DNA of 64,000 bases, taken from Candidatus Gorgyraea atricola (GTDB lineage Bacteria; Omnitrophota; Gorgyraeia; Gorgyraeales; Gorgyraeaceae). Shown piece by piece: positions 52,135-63,437 of the stretch. Made by a program: the position numbers and the translations under genes. The first letter of the stretch is position 1, and each line of letters starts with the position of its first letter. Under the pieces are notes generated by a model. It saw only the letters and a program-made list of their open reading frames with translations. It was not told the origin of the DNA and did no database searches. The stretch lies in assembly GCA_030765235.1 (NCBI GenBank), contig JAVCCW010000029.1:76939-140938 (forward strand), read 5' to 3'.

Positions 52135-53805
52135 ATGAAAATGACAGGCGCAAGGATATTTATTGAATCGCTTAAGAAGCAGGGTGTCGAGGTTATGTTC
52201 GGCTATCCTGGCGGGGTAGTGCTGCCTATTTTTGACGCACTCTATGACAGCGATATCAAATTTATATTAACAAGACACGAGCAGGGCGCAGCGCATGCAG
52301 CAGATGGCTATGCACGCGCTACTGGAAAAGTCGGAGTCTGTCTCGCCACCTCTGGTCCTGGCGCGACAAATCTTGTCACAGGCCTTGCAACAGCTAACAT
52401 GGATTCTGTGCCAGTAGTAGCCTTTACAGGCCAGGTCAAGACCTCTCTCATAGGAAACGACGCGTTTCAGGAAGTAGATGTCAGCGGCATAACGCGACCT
52501 ATCTCAAAACACAACTACCTTGTAAAGGATGTCAAGAATCTGACGACTGTCATAAAGAACGCGTTTCACATAGCATCAACTGGCAGGCCAGGCGTAGTGG
52601 TCGTGGATCTACCAGTCGACGTTCAAATACAGGAGACAGATTTTCAATATCCTGAGAAGGCAGAGATAAGAGGCTATAAGCCGACGTGCAAAGGCCATAT
52701 CGGGCAGATAAAAAAGGCCTGTAAGCTGATCGCGAATAGCAAAAAACCTCTCCTATATGTTGGCGGCGGGGTGATCATCTCAGGCGCAGCAGATAATCTG
52801 GCAGAGTTTGTCAAAAAAACAAGCATACCTGTTACAATGACACTCATGGGTCTGGGCGCGTTTCCCGGCACTCACAAACTTTCTCTTGGCATGCTCGGTA
52901 TGCACGGCACTGCGTACGCGAATCACGCTGTACAGGACTCTGACCTTTTAATAGCAGTGGGCGCCCGGTTCGACGACAGGGTCACTGGCAAGATCGATGA
53001 ATTCGCGCCGCACGCAAAAATAATACACATCGACATAGACCCGTGCGCAATAAGTAAGAATGTAAAGGTGGACATACCTATTGTGGGTGACGCGAATAGT
53101 GTGCTGGCAGATTTCAATAAATATATAAAGGAACCAGATATCTCCAAATGGCACAAACAGATCGAGTCATGGAAGGAAAAATTTCCGCTAAGCTATAAGA
53201 ATGATTCAAAGCTCAGGCCGCAATATGTCGTGGAAGAGATCTATAATATTACAAAAGGCAAGGCTATTATTGCTACTGAAGTCGGGCAGAATCAGATGTG
53301 GGCCGCGCAATTTTATAAATATGAGAGACCCAGGCAGTTTATTTCAAGTGGTGGCCTTGGCACAATGGGCTATGGCTTCCCAGCCGCAATAGGCGCGCAG
53401 ATGGGCTGTCCCAAGAAGACGGTCTTTGACATCGCTGGCGACGGCAGTATCCAGATGAATATACAGGAGCTTACAACAGCAGTAGCGAATAAGCTGCCTG
53501 TTAAGATCGCTATATTGAATAATGGTTGTCTGGGTATGGTCAGACAGTGGCAGGAACTTTTTTACAAGAGAAGATATTCACATACTATATTGGAATCATG
53601 CCCTGATTTTGTGAAACTCGCGGAGGCGTATGGCGCAGCTGGCATGAGGATCACCAAAAAGTCAGAGGTCAAAAAGGCAATAAAAAAGGCATTGGACATA
53701 AAGGGCCCTGTTCTCATGGATTTTCGTGTTGAGCCAGAGGAGAATGTATTTCCAATGGTCCCAGCAGGACAACCTATTAACAAGATGATAGGAGCGCTCG
53801 CGTAA
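52135..53805 (+). CDS. ilvB: Acetolactate synthase large subunit
   Basis: [24 protein letters not shown] motif. Confidence 0.97.
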   Translation: MKMTGARIFIESLKKQGVEVMFGYPGGVVLPIFDALYDSDIKFILTRHEQGAAHAADGYARATGKVGVCLATSGPGATNLVTGLATANMDSVPVVAFTGQVKTSLIGNDAFQEVDVSGITRPISKHNYLVKDVKNLTTVIKNAFHIASTGRPGVVVVDLPVDVQIQETDFQYPEKAEIRGYKPTCKGHIGQIKKACKLIANSKKPLLYVGGGVIISGAADNLAEFVKKTSIPVTMTLMGLGAFPGTHKLSLGMLGMHGTAYANHAVQDSDLLIAVGARFDDRVTGKIDEFAPHAKIIHIDIDPCAISKNVKVDIPIVGDANSVLADFNKYIKEPDISKWHKQIESWKEKFPLSYKNDSKLRPQYVVEEIYNITKGKAIIATEVGQNQMWAAQFYKYERPRQFISSGGLGTMGYGFPAAIGAQMGCPKKTVFDIAGDGSIQMNIQELTTAVANKLPVKIAILNNGCLGMVRQWQELFYKRRYSHTILESCPDFVKLAEAYGAAGMRITKKSEVKKAIKKALDIKGPVLMDFRVEPEENVFPMVPAGQPINKMIGALA

Positions 53806-53806
53806 T

Positions 53807-54280
53807 ATGAAAAAAACCATTTCTGTTTTAGTTGAAAATCACTTTGGTGTTTTAACACATGTATCTGGACTTTTTAGCGCGCGTGGATTTAATATCAATA
53901 GCCTTGCTGTGGGAGAGACAGAGGACCCGTCTATCTCGAGGATGACCATTGTTGTGGACGGGGATGAAAAGACACTGGAGCAGGTCAAGAAGCAGCTCAA
54001 TAGGCTCATAGATACTATAAAGATAATCGATCTTACAGAAGAGGATTTTATAGACAGGGAACTACTGCTTGTGAAGGTCAAGATGGATTCCAAGAATCGC
54101 TCTGAGATCTTGCAGATAGCAAACACATTTCAGGCAAAGATAGATGACGCAAAGAAAGACACGGCTGTTATAGAGGTAACAGGTGATGAGAATAAGATAA
54201 AGTCTTTCATAGAAATGATCAGGCCGTTCGGCATCGTTGAAGTAGTGCGCACCGGCCGTATCGCAATGGGGAGGAAATAA
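53807..54280 (+). CDS. ilvN: Acetolactate synthase small subunit
   Basis: ACT domain; GLFSARGFNI.SL. Confidence 0.95.
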   Translation: MKKTISVLVENHFGVLTHVSGLFSARGFNINSLAVGETEDPSISRMTIVVDGDEKTLEQVKKQLNRLIDTIKIIDLTEEDFIDRELLLVKVKMDSKNRSEILQIANTFQAKIDDAKKDTAVIEVTGDENKIKSFIEMIRPFGIVEVVRTGRIAMGRK

Positions 54281-54283
54281 TCA

Positions 54284-55273
54284 ATGGCAAAGATTTATTA
54301 TGACAAGGATGCTGACTTAAATGTTTTAAAGGGAAAGAAGATCGCGATCATTGGCTATGGCATTCAGGGTCGTGGTCAGGCATTGAATCTGCGTGACAGC
54401 GGGCTTGATGTGATCGTAAGCGAATTAGAAGGAACAGAAAACTACAAGACCGCGCAGGCTGATGGTTTTACGCCAGTTGCCGCGATCGAGGCAGCCAAAG
54501 AGGGCGACATCATACAGATACTTACTCAGGACCATGTGCAGGCAAAGGTCTACAAAGAGTCTATAAGACCAAATCTTAAAAAGGGAAAGGCCATGGTTTT
54601 TTCTCATGGCTTTAACATACATTTTAAGCAGATCAAGCCGCCAAAAAAGGTAGACGTATTTATGGTGGCGCCCAAAGGTCCTGGCGCGCTCGTAAGGCAG
54701 ATGTATGAAGAGGGAAAAGGTGTTCCGTGTCTAGTGGCTGTATTCCAGGATGCAAGCGGTGACGCGCTTAAACAGGGTCTTGCATATGCAAAAGGCATAG
54801 GCGGCACAAGGGCAGGCGTTATCGAGACTACATTTGAGGAAGAGACAGAGACAGATCTTTTTGGCGAGCAGGTTGTGCTGTGCGGCGGTACCACTGAGCT
54901 TATCAAGGCAGGCTTTGATACATTGATAGAAGCTGGTTACCAGCCAGAGATAGCATATTTTGAATGCCTGCATGAATTGAAATTGATCACAGACCTAATT
55001 TACGCGACAGGCATTCAGGGCATGCGCAAACGAGTTTCAGATACAGCAGAATACGGGGATGTTACGCGAGGCAAGCGCATTATAACTGAGAGAACGCGCA
55101 AGGAAATGAAAAAGATCCTGAAACAGGTGCAGTCGGGCAGATTTGCCAGAGAGTGGATCAAGGAAAATGAAAACGGCAGGCCTGAATTCACTAAATTAAG
55201 AAAAGCAGACGACACCCATCCTGTTGAGGTAATTGGCAAGAAACTCCGCGGGATGATGGACTGGATTAAATAG
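54284..55273 (+). CDS. ilvC: Ketol-acid reductoisomerase
   Basis: [23 protein letters not shown]. Confidence 0.97.
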   Translation: MAKIYYDKDADLNVLKGKKIAIIGYGIQGRGQALNLRDSGLDVIVSELEGTENYKTAQADGFTPVAAIEAAKEGDIIQILTQDHVQAKVYKESIRPNLKKGKAMVFSHGFNIHFKQIKPPKKVDVFMVAPKGPGALVRQMYEEGKGVPCLVAVFQDASGDALKQGLAYAKGIGGTRAGVIETTFEEETETDLFGEQVVLCGGTTELIKAGFDTLIEAGYQPEIAYFECLHELKLITDLIYATGIQGMRKRVSDTAEYGDVTRGKRIITERTRKEMKKILKQVQSGRFAREWIKENENGRPEFTKLRKADDTHPVEVIGKKLRGMMDWIK

Positions 55274-55306
55274 GGACAAGTGACAAGAGACAAGGGACAA
55301 GGGTAG

Positions 55307-56839
55307 ATGAAGAAAATCATTATTTTTGACACGACTTTAAGGGATGGCGAGCAGTCGCCTGGCGCTAGTTTGGACATAAAGGCAAAGATAGAGATCGCCA
55401 AACAGCTTGCGCGTCTTGGCGTTGACGTGATCGAGGCAGGATTTCCTGTTGCTTCAACTGGTGATTTCCAGGCAGTGAGCGAAGTCGCCTCTCTAGTCAA
55501 AGGCCCGTCCATATGCGGCCTTGCCAGAGCAAAAAAAGAGGACATAGACCGCTGCAGAGACGCGCTTAAGAACGCAGGCCGTTCGCGAATCCACGTATTT
55601 TTGGCCACTTCAAAGATCCACATGCAGTATAAATTAAAAAAGGCAGAGTCAGAGATATTGAAACAGGCAGGAGAATTCGTAAAATATGCCCGCAAATTTT
55701 CTGATGATATTGAATTTTCTCCAGAGGATGCCTCGCGCTCAGAAGTGGATTTTCTGTGCCGCGTCGTCGAGACAGTGATAAAAGCCGGCGCAAAGACAGT
55801 GAACATACCTGATACTGTCGGGTATGCAATACCAGCCGAATTCGGTAATCTCATAAAGACCATAAAAACAAAGGTCCCGAATTCAAACAAGGCGATAATA
55901 AGTGTACATTGTCATAATGATCTTGGGCTTGGTGTCAGTAATTCTCTCGTGGCGATTCAAAATGGAGCAGAGCAGATCGAATGCACGATAAACGGGCTTG
56001 GCGAACGCGCAGGCAATGCGTCACTAGAAGAAATAGTGATGACGCTTAAGACCAGGCAGGATATTTTTAAATGTACTACATCTATAAATACAGTCGAGCT
56101 TTACAATGCTAGCCGTCTTGTAAGCAAGCTCACAGGCATTGTTGTTCAGCCAAACAAGGCAATAGTTGGCCGCAATGCATTCAGTCACGAGGCAGGCATT
56201 CACCAGGACGGGATCCTGAAAAAGCGTACCACCTACGAGATCATGAAACCTGAGGACGTGGGTTTTGGTGCTACGCGGCTTGTATTGGGAAAACATTCTG
56301 GAAAGCATGCGTTCAGTGAGAGATTGAAAAAAATAGGAGTTGAATTAGAAAAAGAGGATCTGGTAAAGGCGTTCCAGCGTTTTAAGGATCTTGCAGATAA
56401 GAAAAAAGAGGTGTTTGACGAGGATCTCCTGGCAATAGTAGAGGACGAGATCATCTCTATACCTGAGACCTATAAGATAACAGGATTTGAATATAAAAGC
56501 GGTAAGACCATTGAACCGCATGCTACAGTAGAGATCGTAAAATCCGGCGTTACAAAGAAACAATCTTCTTCAGGAGACGGGCCTGTGGACGCGTGCTACA
56601 AGGCCATTGAAAAGATAACAGGCGTAAAACTAGAATTGCTGGATTATTCCTTAAAGGCTGCGACAGGCGGCAAGGACGCGCTGGGAGAAGTTTCTGTAAG
56701 AGCAAGATCATCAAAAGGCATCGAGGTATCTGGCCGGGGCGCATCTACTGACATAGTAGAGGCAAGCGCCAAGGCCTACGTAAACGCGGTAAACAAAGTA
56801 CTCTTTACCAAGACACGCAAAGCCACAGCTGAACTGTGA
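55307..56839 (+). CDS. leuA: 2-isopropylmalate synthase
   Basis: DTTLRDGEQ, HCHNDLG, GERAGN; C-terminal regulatory domain. Confidence 0.95.
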   Translation: MKKIIIFDTTLRDGEQSPGASLDIKAKIEIAKQLARLGVDVIEAGFPVASTGDFQAVSEVASLVKGPSICGLARAKKEDIDRCRDALKNAGRSRIHVFLATSKIHMQYKLKKAESEILKQAGEFVKYARKFSDDIEFSPEDASRSEVDFLCRVVETVIKAGAKTVNIPDTVGYAIPAEFGNLIKTIKTKVPNSNKAIISVHCHNDLGLGVSNSLVAIQNGAEQIECTINGLGERAGNASLEEIVMTLKTRQDIFKCTTSINTVELYNASRLVSKLTGIVVQPNKAIVGRNAFSHEAGIHQDGILKKRTTYEIMKPEDVGFGATRLVLGKHSGKHAFSERLKKIGVELEKEDLVKAFQRFKDLADKKKEVFDEDLLAIVEDEIISIPETYKITGFEYKSGKTIEPHATVEIVKSGVTKKQSSSGDGPVDACYKAIEKITGVKLELLDYSLKAATGGKDALGEVSVRARSSKGIEVSGRGASTDIVEASAKAYVNAVNKVLFTKTRKATAEL

Positions 56840-56887
56840 AATCGCGGAACCTACGCAGAAGCTCAACTTTACACTTGAGCAAGGCTA

Positions 56888-56923
56888 AAGAAGTAGCCCA
56901 GGTTTAAACCTGGGCTACTTCTT
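56888..56923. repeat. Family A variant palindrome (36 bp)
   Basis: aagaa-GTAGCCCAGGTTTAAACCTGGGCTAC-ttctt. Confidence 0.88.
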
Positions 56924-56930
56924 ATACGAG

Positions 56931-57833
56931 ATGGACACATACGGCATAATAGGTTATCCAGTAAAACATAGTTTATCTCCAGCAATGCACAATGCTGCGT
57001 TCAAAAAACTCGGCATCGACGCAGAATACCGCAAATTCGAAGTAAAACCCACCGAGCTGGAAGGTTTCTTGCTTGGAAATATTTCAGTTAAAGATACAGA
57101 TGGAAATCCTATACATGCTGGACAAGTAAAGGGGTTTAACATAACTATTCCGCATAAGGTAAAAGCGAAAGAAATATTAGAGAAGAAATTTCCTAACGCT
57201 TCATCTGATTCTGATATTGCTTTATCAGGAGCAGTTAATACAGTTAAAAGAGTTGGAGATAAACTTGAATACAGAAATACAGATGTTTCAGGTTTTGGCG
57301 AATCTCTTGATAAAGATTTAAAATTTGGAGCATCAGAGCGTAAAGGAAGTAGCGTATTCATATTAGGATGCGGAGGAGTTGCTAGAGCAATTATAGCGGA
57401 TTTAGAGAATTCTCATGTTCGTAAGATATATGTTTATGATATAGATAAGAATGCCGTAGATTCGGCAGAGAATCATTTTTCAGGTCTTTCAGGTAAGCTT
57501 GAATTTGTTCGTCAGCAAAAGGAAATAAATAACAAGATAAAAGATTGTAAATTATTAGTCAATGCTACACCTATAGGCATGGAACAAGACGATGAGTCTC
57601 CTATAGACAAGAAATTGCTTCATAAAGATTTATATGTTTATGACGTTGTTTACAATAGACAGACTCAGCTTGTAAAGGACGCATTTGCATCAGGGGCTAA
57701 GGCTGTAACAGGAGAAGGCATGCTTGCTTGGCAAGGAGTATTAGCTTTTTTCTGCTGGATAGATAGATGTAAGCCTGTTGATGATGTTATAGGGGTAATG
57801 AGGCAGGCATTGGATAATGCCTTAGAAAGGTAA
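56931..57833 (+). CDS. aroE: Shikimate dehydrogenase
   Basis: HSLSP.MHN, NITIPHK, NTD..GF, NATPIGM. Confidence 0.93.
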   Translation: MDTYGIIGYPVKHSLSPAMHNAAFKKLGIDAEYRKFEVKPTELEGFLLGNISVKDTDGNPIHAGQVKGFNITIPHKVKAKEILEKKFPNASSDSDIALSGAVNTVKRVGDKLEYRNTDVSGFGESLDKDLKFGASERKGSSVFILGCGGVARAIIADLENSHVRKIYVYDIDKNAVDSAENHFSGLSGKLEFVRQQKEINNKIKDCKLLVNATPIGMEQDDESPIDKKLLHKDLYVYDVVYNRQTQLVKDAFASGAKAVTGEGMLAWQGVLAFFCWIDRCKPVDDVIGVMRQALDNALER

Positions 57834-57837
57834 GCTT

Positions 57838-58017
57838 TGCACTCCCCAGACCAGTAGGGCGAGAGGCATCGTTGGGCCGAGCGGGCACGGTGCCTAACCT
57901 GACACTTTAAGTATGACTTAAAGTGTCAGGTTAGGCGAGCGAGGAACAACAATGAGAAAAAATTTCCTCGCTGGGGAAATTTTTGCGCCCTCTCGACCTA
58001 CTGGTCTGGGGAGTGCA
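57838..58017. mobile_element. 180-bp MITE-like or structured element
   Basis: About 29-bp terminal inverted repeat (first 21 bp perfect); internal 21-bp perfect hairpin at 57892-57936. Confidence 0.55.
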
Positions 58018-58027
58018 GACATTTGAT

Positions 58028-58798
58028 ATGATACATTTAGTCGTTTTTATCTTTGGTTCAATGATCGGGAGTTTTTTGAATGTGTGCATATACAGGATAC
58101 CTAGGGAGGAGTCTATTGTTTCTCCTGGTTCAAGGTGTACCTCCTGCGAAAAGCCAATACTGTGGTATGATAATATCCCTTTATTAAGCTATGTTATTTT
58201 AATTGGCAAGTGCAGGCATTGCAAAAAAAGAATATCCTTTCGCTATTTCGCAGTTGAACTCATAAGCGCACTCGCGTTCTTAACACTGTTTTATTATTTT
58301 GGATTAACCGCGAAGTTCTGGATCTATAGCCTGGTGACATTCGCTCTTATCGTAACGACATTTGTCGACCTGGAATTCCAGATCATACCTGACAGGATCA
58401 GTCTTGGCGGCCTGGTCTTAGGAATCATTTTAAGTATCTTAATACCGCAGCTTCATAATAGTCTTACATGGGAAACAGGATTTATGAAATCTCTATTGGG
58501 TATGTTTGCGGGCGGCGGACTCATATATCTTACAGGTTATGTCGGCCAGATCATATTCAAGAAAGAGAGCATGGGCGGAGGAGATGTAAAACTTATGGCT
58601 ATGCTGGGCGCTTTTCTGGGTTGGAAAATGGCAATACTCATATTTTTTCTCGCGCCATTTTTCGGCACACCCGCGGGCCTGTATTTGAAATTTAAGAAAA
58701 AACAGGATATAATTCCCTATGGGCCCTATATAGCGTTGGCCAGCTTTGTCGCAATGATCTGGGGCCGCAAAATATTGAATATGTTATTTTTTTATTAA
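58028..58798 (+). CDS. pilD: Type 4 prepilin peptidase
   Basis: GSFLNV.IYR, two CxxC, D...QIIPD, MGGGDVKL. Confidence 0.95.
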   Translation: MIHLVVFIFGSMIGSFLNVCIYRIPREESIVSPGSRCTSCEKPILWYDNIPLLSYVILIGKCRHCKKRISFRYFAVELISALAFLTLFYYFGLTAKFWIYSLVTFALIVTTFVDLEFQIIPDRISLGGLVLGIILSILIPQLHNSLTWETGFMKSLLGMFAGGGLIYLTGYVGQIIFKKESMGGGDVKLMAMLGAFLGWKMAILIFFLAPFFGTPAGLYLKFKKKQDIIPYGPYIALASFVAMIWGRKILNMLFFY

Positions 58799-58804
58799 AT
58801 GAGG

Positions 58805-58978
58805 ACATGACTTACGAAAATCAAAGATTTTCGTAAGTCATGTGTCCGAATTTAACCCCACACCCAGTTACTTCGAAGTGTTGCTTTGGTGTATCTGGGT
58901 GTGGGGTCCAATTCGTACAATCAAAGTAGTTGTTCAAGGGAGATTGGTTTACGAAAATCAGAGATTTTCGTAAACCAA
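58805..58978. repeat. Cluster of three hairpins; two share the TTACGAAAATC-NNN-GATTTTCGTAA core
   Basis: Hairpins at 58805-58843, 58855-58907 and 58944-58978. Confidence 0.8.
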
Positions 58979-58998
58979 GTACTCATTGGAGGTGCAAG

Positions 58999-60042
58999 AT
59001 GCTAAGATTTTTAACTGCTGGTGAATCACATGGTGAAGCGCTTGTTGGTATTTTAGAAGGCATGCCTAGTGGGCTAAAGGTAGACAAGGTCTTTATAGAT
59101 AACGAACTCAAACGTCGTCAACAGGGCCATGGACGTGGTAACAGGATGAAGATAGAGAATGACCACGCAAAGATCCTGTCCGGATTAAAAACTAGCCTCA
59201 CTATTGGCAGCCCCATAGCCATTCTCATAGAAAATAAGGATTGTTCAATAGATAAACTGCCTGATGTAAAAAATGTGCGGCCTGGCCATGCAGACCTTGT
59301 AGGGATTTTAAAATATGGTTTCAAAGACGCCCGTCCTGTGCTTGAACGCTCATCTGCCAGAGAAACAGCCATGCGTGTTGCAATAGGTGCAATCTGTAAA
59401 CTGCTTTTGCAGGGATTCAAGATACGCCTGTCAAGCCACGTCACAATGATAGGCGGCGCTGAGTCAAAAGATAAGATGAAAGAAAGAATAGATAGCGCAA
59501 CTGCTAAAAAGGATACGCTCGGCGGGCAATTCGAGGTTGTAATAAAAGACGTGCCAGTAGGCCTGGGCAGCTACGCGCATAGTGACAGGCGGTTAGATGC
59601 AAGGCTCGCCGCAGCCATCATGTCCATCCCAGCTATCAAGGCAGTTGAAATCGGCAGCGGCATTGAATCCGCGAAAAAACTCGGCTCAAACGTGCACGAC
59701 GAGATATTTTACTCCAAGGCAAAAGGCATTTACAGAAAGACAAACAATGCCGGAGGCATTGAAGGCGGCGTATCAAATGGCGAAGACATAATCGTGCGCG
59801 GCTACATGAAGCCCATAAGCACCTTGATGAAAGGGCTAAACACAATAGATATCTCTACAAAAGAAGCAGTAAAGGCAGCCACAGAGCGTTCTGATGTATG
59901 CGCTGTTCCCGCGGCAGGAGTAATAGGTGAATCAGTTGCTGCATTCGTAATAGCTAATGCCTTGCTTGAAAAATTCGGCGGGGATAGTGTTCTAGAAATA
60001 AAAAGGAATTACGAGGGATATTTATCCAGCCTAAAATCTTAA
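58999..60042 (+). CDS. aroC: Chorismate synthase
   Basis: TAGESHG, RPGHAD, RSSARETA, ERSDVC; GGAGG RBS. Confidence 0.96.
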   Translation: MLRFLTAGESHGEALVGILEGMPSGLKVDKVFIDNELKRRQQGHGRGNRMKIENDHAKILSGLKTSLTIGSPIAILIENKDCSIDKLPDVKNVRPGHADLVGILKYGFKDARPVLERSSARETAMRVAIGAICKLLLQGFKIRLSSHVTMIGGAESKDKMKERIDSATAKKDTLGGQFEVVIKDVPVGLGSYAHSDRRLDARLAAAIMSIPAIKAVEIGSGIESAKKLGSNVHDEIFYSKAKGIYRKTNNAGGIEGGVSNGEDIIVRGYMKPISTLMKGLNTIDISTKEAVKAATERSDVCAVPAAGVIGESVAAFVIANALLEKFGGDSVLEIKRNYEGYLSSLKS

Positions 60043-60612
60043 GGTAAGGGACGTACTCACGTAGTCAGTGTCGAGTGCGTGAATCCTATCTGTGTGACGC
60101 CAGCCAATTCCAACTGAAAATAAATCAACAGGCGCGTAGAGTATTTCAGCTATTGACTCACAATATTCATCCCTTCCTTTTTCAAGATTAATCGAGTATT
60201 CTTCAAAGAGACGCAAGGAAAATACTTCTAAAAAAGGTACTTCCAGTCCGACTTTTGTAGTCGTATCAAAGGAATAACTGTCTGCATCAAAGACCAGATA
60301 ATCTAACATCTCGCCAGATATGAATTGAAAGGATTGACCTACATAAAAATAGTCTGAAAAAGATTTCCCTATCTCTAATCCAGATAAGAGCTTTTCCCAT
60401 TCGTCTGTTTCCATGTTCCACTGCGCTTCTCCAAAAAACGAAAGCTCTGTATCAGACGAATCCAATTTTTTATGAATGGAAAGCCGCTCCATGGCAATGT
60501 CGCCGTCATCCCTTCTTACATCCACGAGATAGTCAGTTCTACTCTCTACCTCGACGCTAAATCCAGGATTCGCAAACAGCACCAACATTAATAATACCAG
60601 AATTATCTTCAT
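60031..60612 (-). CDS. Putative small outer-membrane beta-barrel protein
   Basis: Signal peptide; alternating amphipathic strands; C-terminal LTLRF. Confidence 0.6.
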   Translation of the reverse strand: MKIILVLLMLVLFANPGFSVEVESRTDYLVDVRRDDGDIAMERLSIHKKLDSSDTELSFFGEAQWNMETDEWEKLLSGLEIGKSFSDYFYVGQSFQFISGEMLDYLVFDADSYSFDTTTKVGLEVPFLEVFSLRLFEEYSINLEKGRDEYCESIAEILYAPVDLFSVGIGWRHTDRIHALDTDYVSTSLTLRF

Positions 60613-60660
60613 ATTTTTGTAAAGCATATCATATAACATCATGACATTCAACTATTAAGT

Positions 60661-60699
60661 TAACTTTACATTTAAGGTCTTGCTTCAAATGTAAAGTTA
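60661..60699. repeat. TAACTTTAC...GTAAAGTTA hairpin
   Basis: 13-bp perfect arms sharing family B termini. Confidence 0.75.
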
Positions 60700-60714
60700 T
60701 GTTATAAGTTTAAT

Positions 60715-61215
60715 ATGAAGAATGTTGTGCTGGTTGGATTTATGGGGACTGGGAAGACTGTGGTGGCAAAGAGGCTTGCGGAGAAGCTGAAGAGGGAATT
60801 TCTGGAGCTGGATGCGATCATTGAGAAGAGAGAGGGCATGTCCATTAAGGATATATTCGAGAAAAAGGGTGAGCCATACTTCAGGGAGCTTGAGAAAGAG
60901 GTCGTGAAAGCATCGAGCCAGAAACAAGACCTTGTAATATCTGCAGGCGGCGGCGCAATAATAGATGAAGAGAATTTCAATACCCTTAAGCCAAATAGCA
61001 TTATAATCTGCCTCCAGGCCTCACCTGACACAATAATGCAGCGTACAAAAGGCAATGTCTGCCGCCCACTCCTAAACGTGTCAGACCCAAAGAAGAGAAT
61101 AGAAGAGCTCCTAGCAAAACGAGCCCCCTATTACAAAAAAGCAAACCACTGCGTCCCCACTGACAACCTCACCATAGACCAGGTAGTCGACCAGATCTCA
61201 AAACTCCTTGCATAG
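60715..61215 (+). CDS. aroK: Shikimate kinase
   Basis: GFMGTGKT, GE.YFR..E, GGG, RPLL. Confidence 0.96.
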   Translation: MKNVVLVGFMGTGKTVVAKRLAEKLKREFLELDAIIEKREGMSIKDIFEKKGEPYFRELEKEVVKASSQKQDLVISAGGGAIIDEENFNTLKPNSIIICLQASPDTIMQRTKGNVCRPLLNVSDPKKRIEELLAKRAPYYKKANHCVPTDNLTIDQVVDQISKLLA

Positions 61216-61236
61216 CCCCTATTTATATGCTATAAT
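61208..61236 (+). promoter_or_regulatory. sigma70-type promoter with extended -10
   Basis: TTGCAT-17 nt-TATAAT, TGn before the -10. Confidence 0.65.
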
Positions 61237-61296
61237 TACATAAGAATCAATAGACTGCTAACAAGCCTTAATAAAGGGCTATTTTTTGTCTGGATT

Positions 61297-63437
61297 ATGA
61301 TTATGTTTAAAAAAGGGTATAATGTGAAGATAATATTTATAGCAATAGGCCTAACTTTATTGCTTAATGGCATATGTTTTGCCCTGCGTATACCAATCGA
61401 TCCAGAAAATATAGAGAAACGTTTTAAGGGATTTAAGAATTTAAAAGCAGAAGCTGCATTCGAAACATAGGATTTTCTGGAAGGCGTGAACTAGGAATTG
61501 CAAGGGCGATTGATCAGACAGAGATGGGGCTAGATGACGATGTTTTAATTGTAGGTCAAGGAGGTACGATTTATTTACCAATGGCTTGTGCTGTTAGAGC
61601 GAAAAGAGTAGACATAGTCCAGCCTGATAGATCCGAGAATGTTAAGCAGCGTAAACATTTGAAAGATAAATTTGATCATATGAGAATTTTTGAGGCTGGA
61701 ACATTGCAAGCTTATTTAGTCAATAAGATTGATATCGATAGCTATAGAGGCTTAATTGAAAATGTAAGAGTTCCCAAAGGACATTATCGTTATGTGTTTA
61801 TACCTGCTGTTTTGGATTATCTTAATCGTTTTGCACGTAGTAAAAAGGAAAAACTTGTCAAAGCTATTTTATCTACTCTTAAAGACGATGCAGTCGTACT
61901 CATATCTACACTAAGCGGAAATACGAAAATTACAGTGAAGCAGGAAGCTGATTTTTTTCAAGAATATGCAAAGAGTCATGGTTATGAGATTACAGGAAGA
62001 AGAGCGCTGAGGCCTGTTCATACTTTAGGCGGAAGCCCTACTATCGAGCTTAAGATAAGTCGAGAGACAAGGCATGATGCAGTCAAAAAAATTGCAGAAG
62101 AAGTTTTGGGAGATATCGAGAGAATGTGGCATAGGATGGTAAAAGATCAGGAGTTAATTTTTGAAATAGTTAGCGATAGGGATTTATTTGAGTCCATTCC
62201 AACAGATTTAAGGAAAGATATTCCTTATGCAGCGTTGCATCAAGTAGGCCTAAATATTACTTTAATTTATGGAGATCTCCAGTATCTGATGGAAAAAGGG
62301 CAACCATATGTGATTGAGAAGATGTATAAGAGCTTGTTGCTAATCGAACCAGATTTAAAGACGATGATAAAACTTAATCGAGATGAGATGATAGAGGTCT
62401 TAAACCGAGGTTTAAGACTTAAACTAGGAACGCTCAGTAATAAAAAAGATGATATTGGTCCTATTGATGAATTAGCGCGTCAAACTATTCAGGCTGTTTT
62501 GGATGGAATAGAGGTAGAAGAAGATAAGCTATTAGGGATTCGAGATGTTCTTCCAGAAACCATCAAAATTATTACTGAGCTCAGAAGAATGATTACTGAA
62601 GAAAAATTAATCATTAAAATAGAAGAAGATGAGTTTGTGATTCTGAAGGAGCTGTATACTAATGTGTATAAGGCTGATGATTCAAAAAGACAAAAGAAAG
62701 TAGTGCTTAAGTTTCAAGGAGATAGAAATAGCTCAGTATACGAAAAAGCCTTCTTCGAGCTAGTTCCTCCTCATGATAATATAGTTAAAGGATATGCTTT
62801 AGAAGATGAATCAGGAAAGATCTTGATTGTACAAGATTTTATTGAAGGCAAGACATTAGAAGACTATAGTGATTTAGAAGGGGTGGATCATAAACGTTAT
62901 TATAAGGAGTTATTCCCGATATTATTAGAGAAATTTGTAGAAGCAGTTAACGCGGAAAAACACGTATTAAAGAATGACCAAAGGATGTTTTATCATGAAT
63001 TTGATTTAGATCATATCATTATCGATGAAACTAGGGCAGGAAAACCTATCCTGATAGACTTTAATGAGCCCGCTCCTAGGCAAATTGAGAAAAAAGTTAT
63101 TTCAAATATTGGAAACTCATTATGTAAGTTAGTTATGGCGCAGTTATACAGCGATGACGAAGATGATCTTTCTGAATATGGTATAGATGATGACGATCTT
63201 AATAAGGATGATTATGCTGTTAACGCAAAAAAAATCTGTCCATATGTTTCTGATGAACTAAACCAGATACTAATGAGATTTGCAGCGAGTAGTACTAATC
63301 CTTATGAAGATATAGATGAATTAATCAATGATCTTGAAGTTGTGCTAGACTATCTCAAATCACAATTTTCTCCATCCGAGAGTATCGAGTCTTTGTTGAA
63401 TAACGGTAATCTCGAGACCTTGAGAAAGCAGTTATAA
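61297..63437 (+). pseudogene. Frameshifted signal-peptide orphan: methyltransferase-like plus protein-kinase-like domains (5' part 61297-61470, main ORF to 63437)
   Basis: 57-aa 5' ORF with signal peptide and ALRIP; the -1 frame is open from 61437 into the 637-aa ORF; kinase-like VVLK, HDNIV, DFIEGKTL, LIDF. Confidence 0.6.

Noticed and set aside
55015-55890. Long antisense ORFs (also 46173-46904, 20594-21118, 44278-44832)
   Set aside because: Shadows of well-conserved + strand genes with no recognisable motifs.
56931-57833. aroE as a foreign gene because it looks more AT-rich
   Set aside because: The impression was not quantified, and the gene is in its expected aro context.
57838-58017. 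6S RNA
   Set aside because: The length fits, but perfect long arms, a branched interior and no recognisable central bubble fit a repeat element better; not excluded without an Rfam search.
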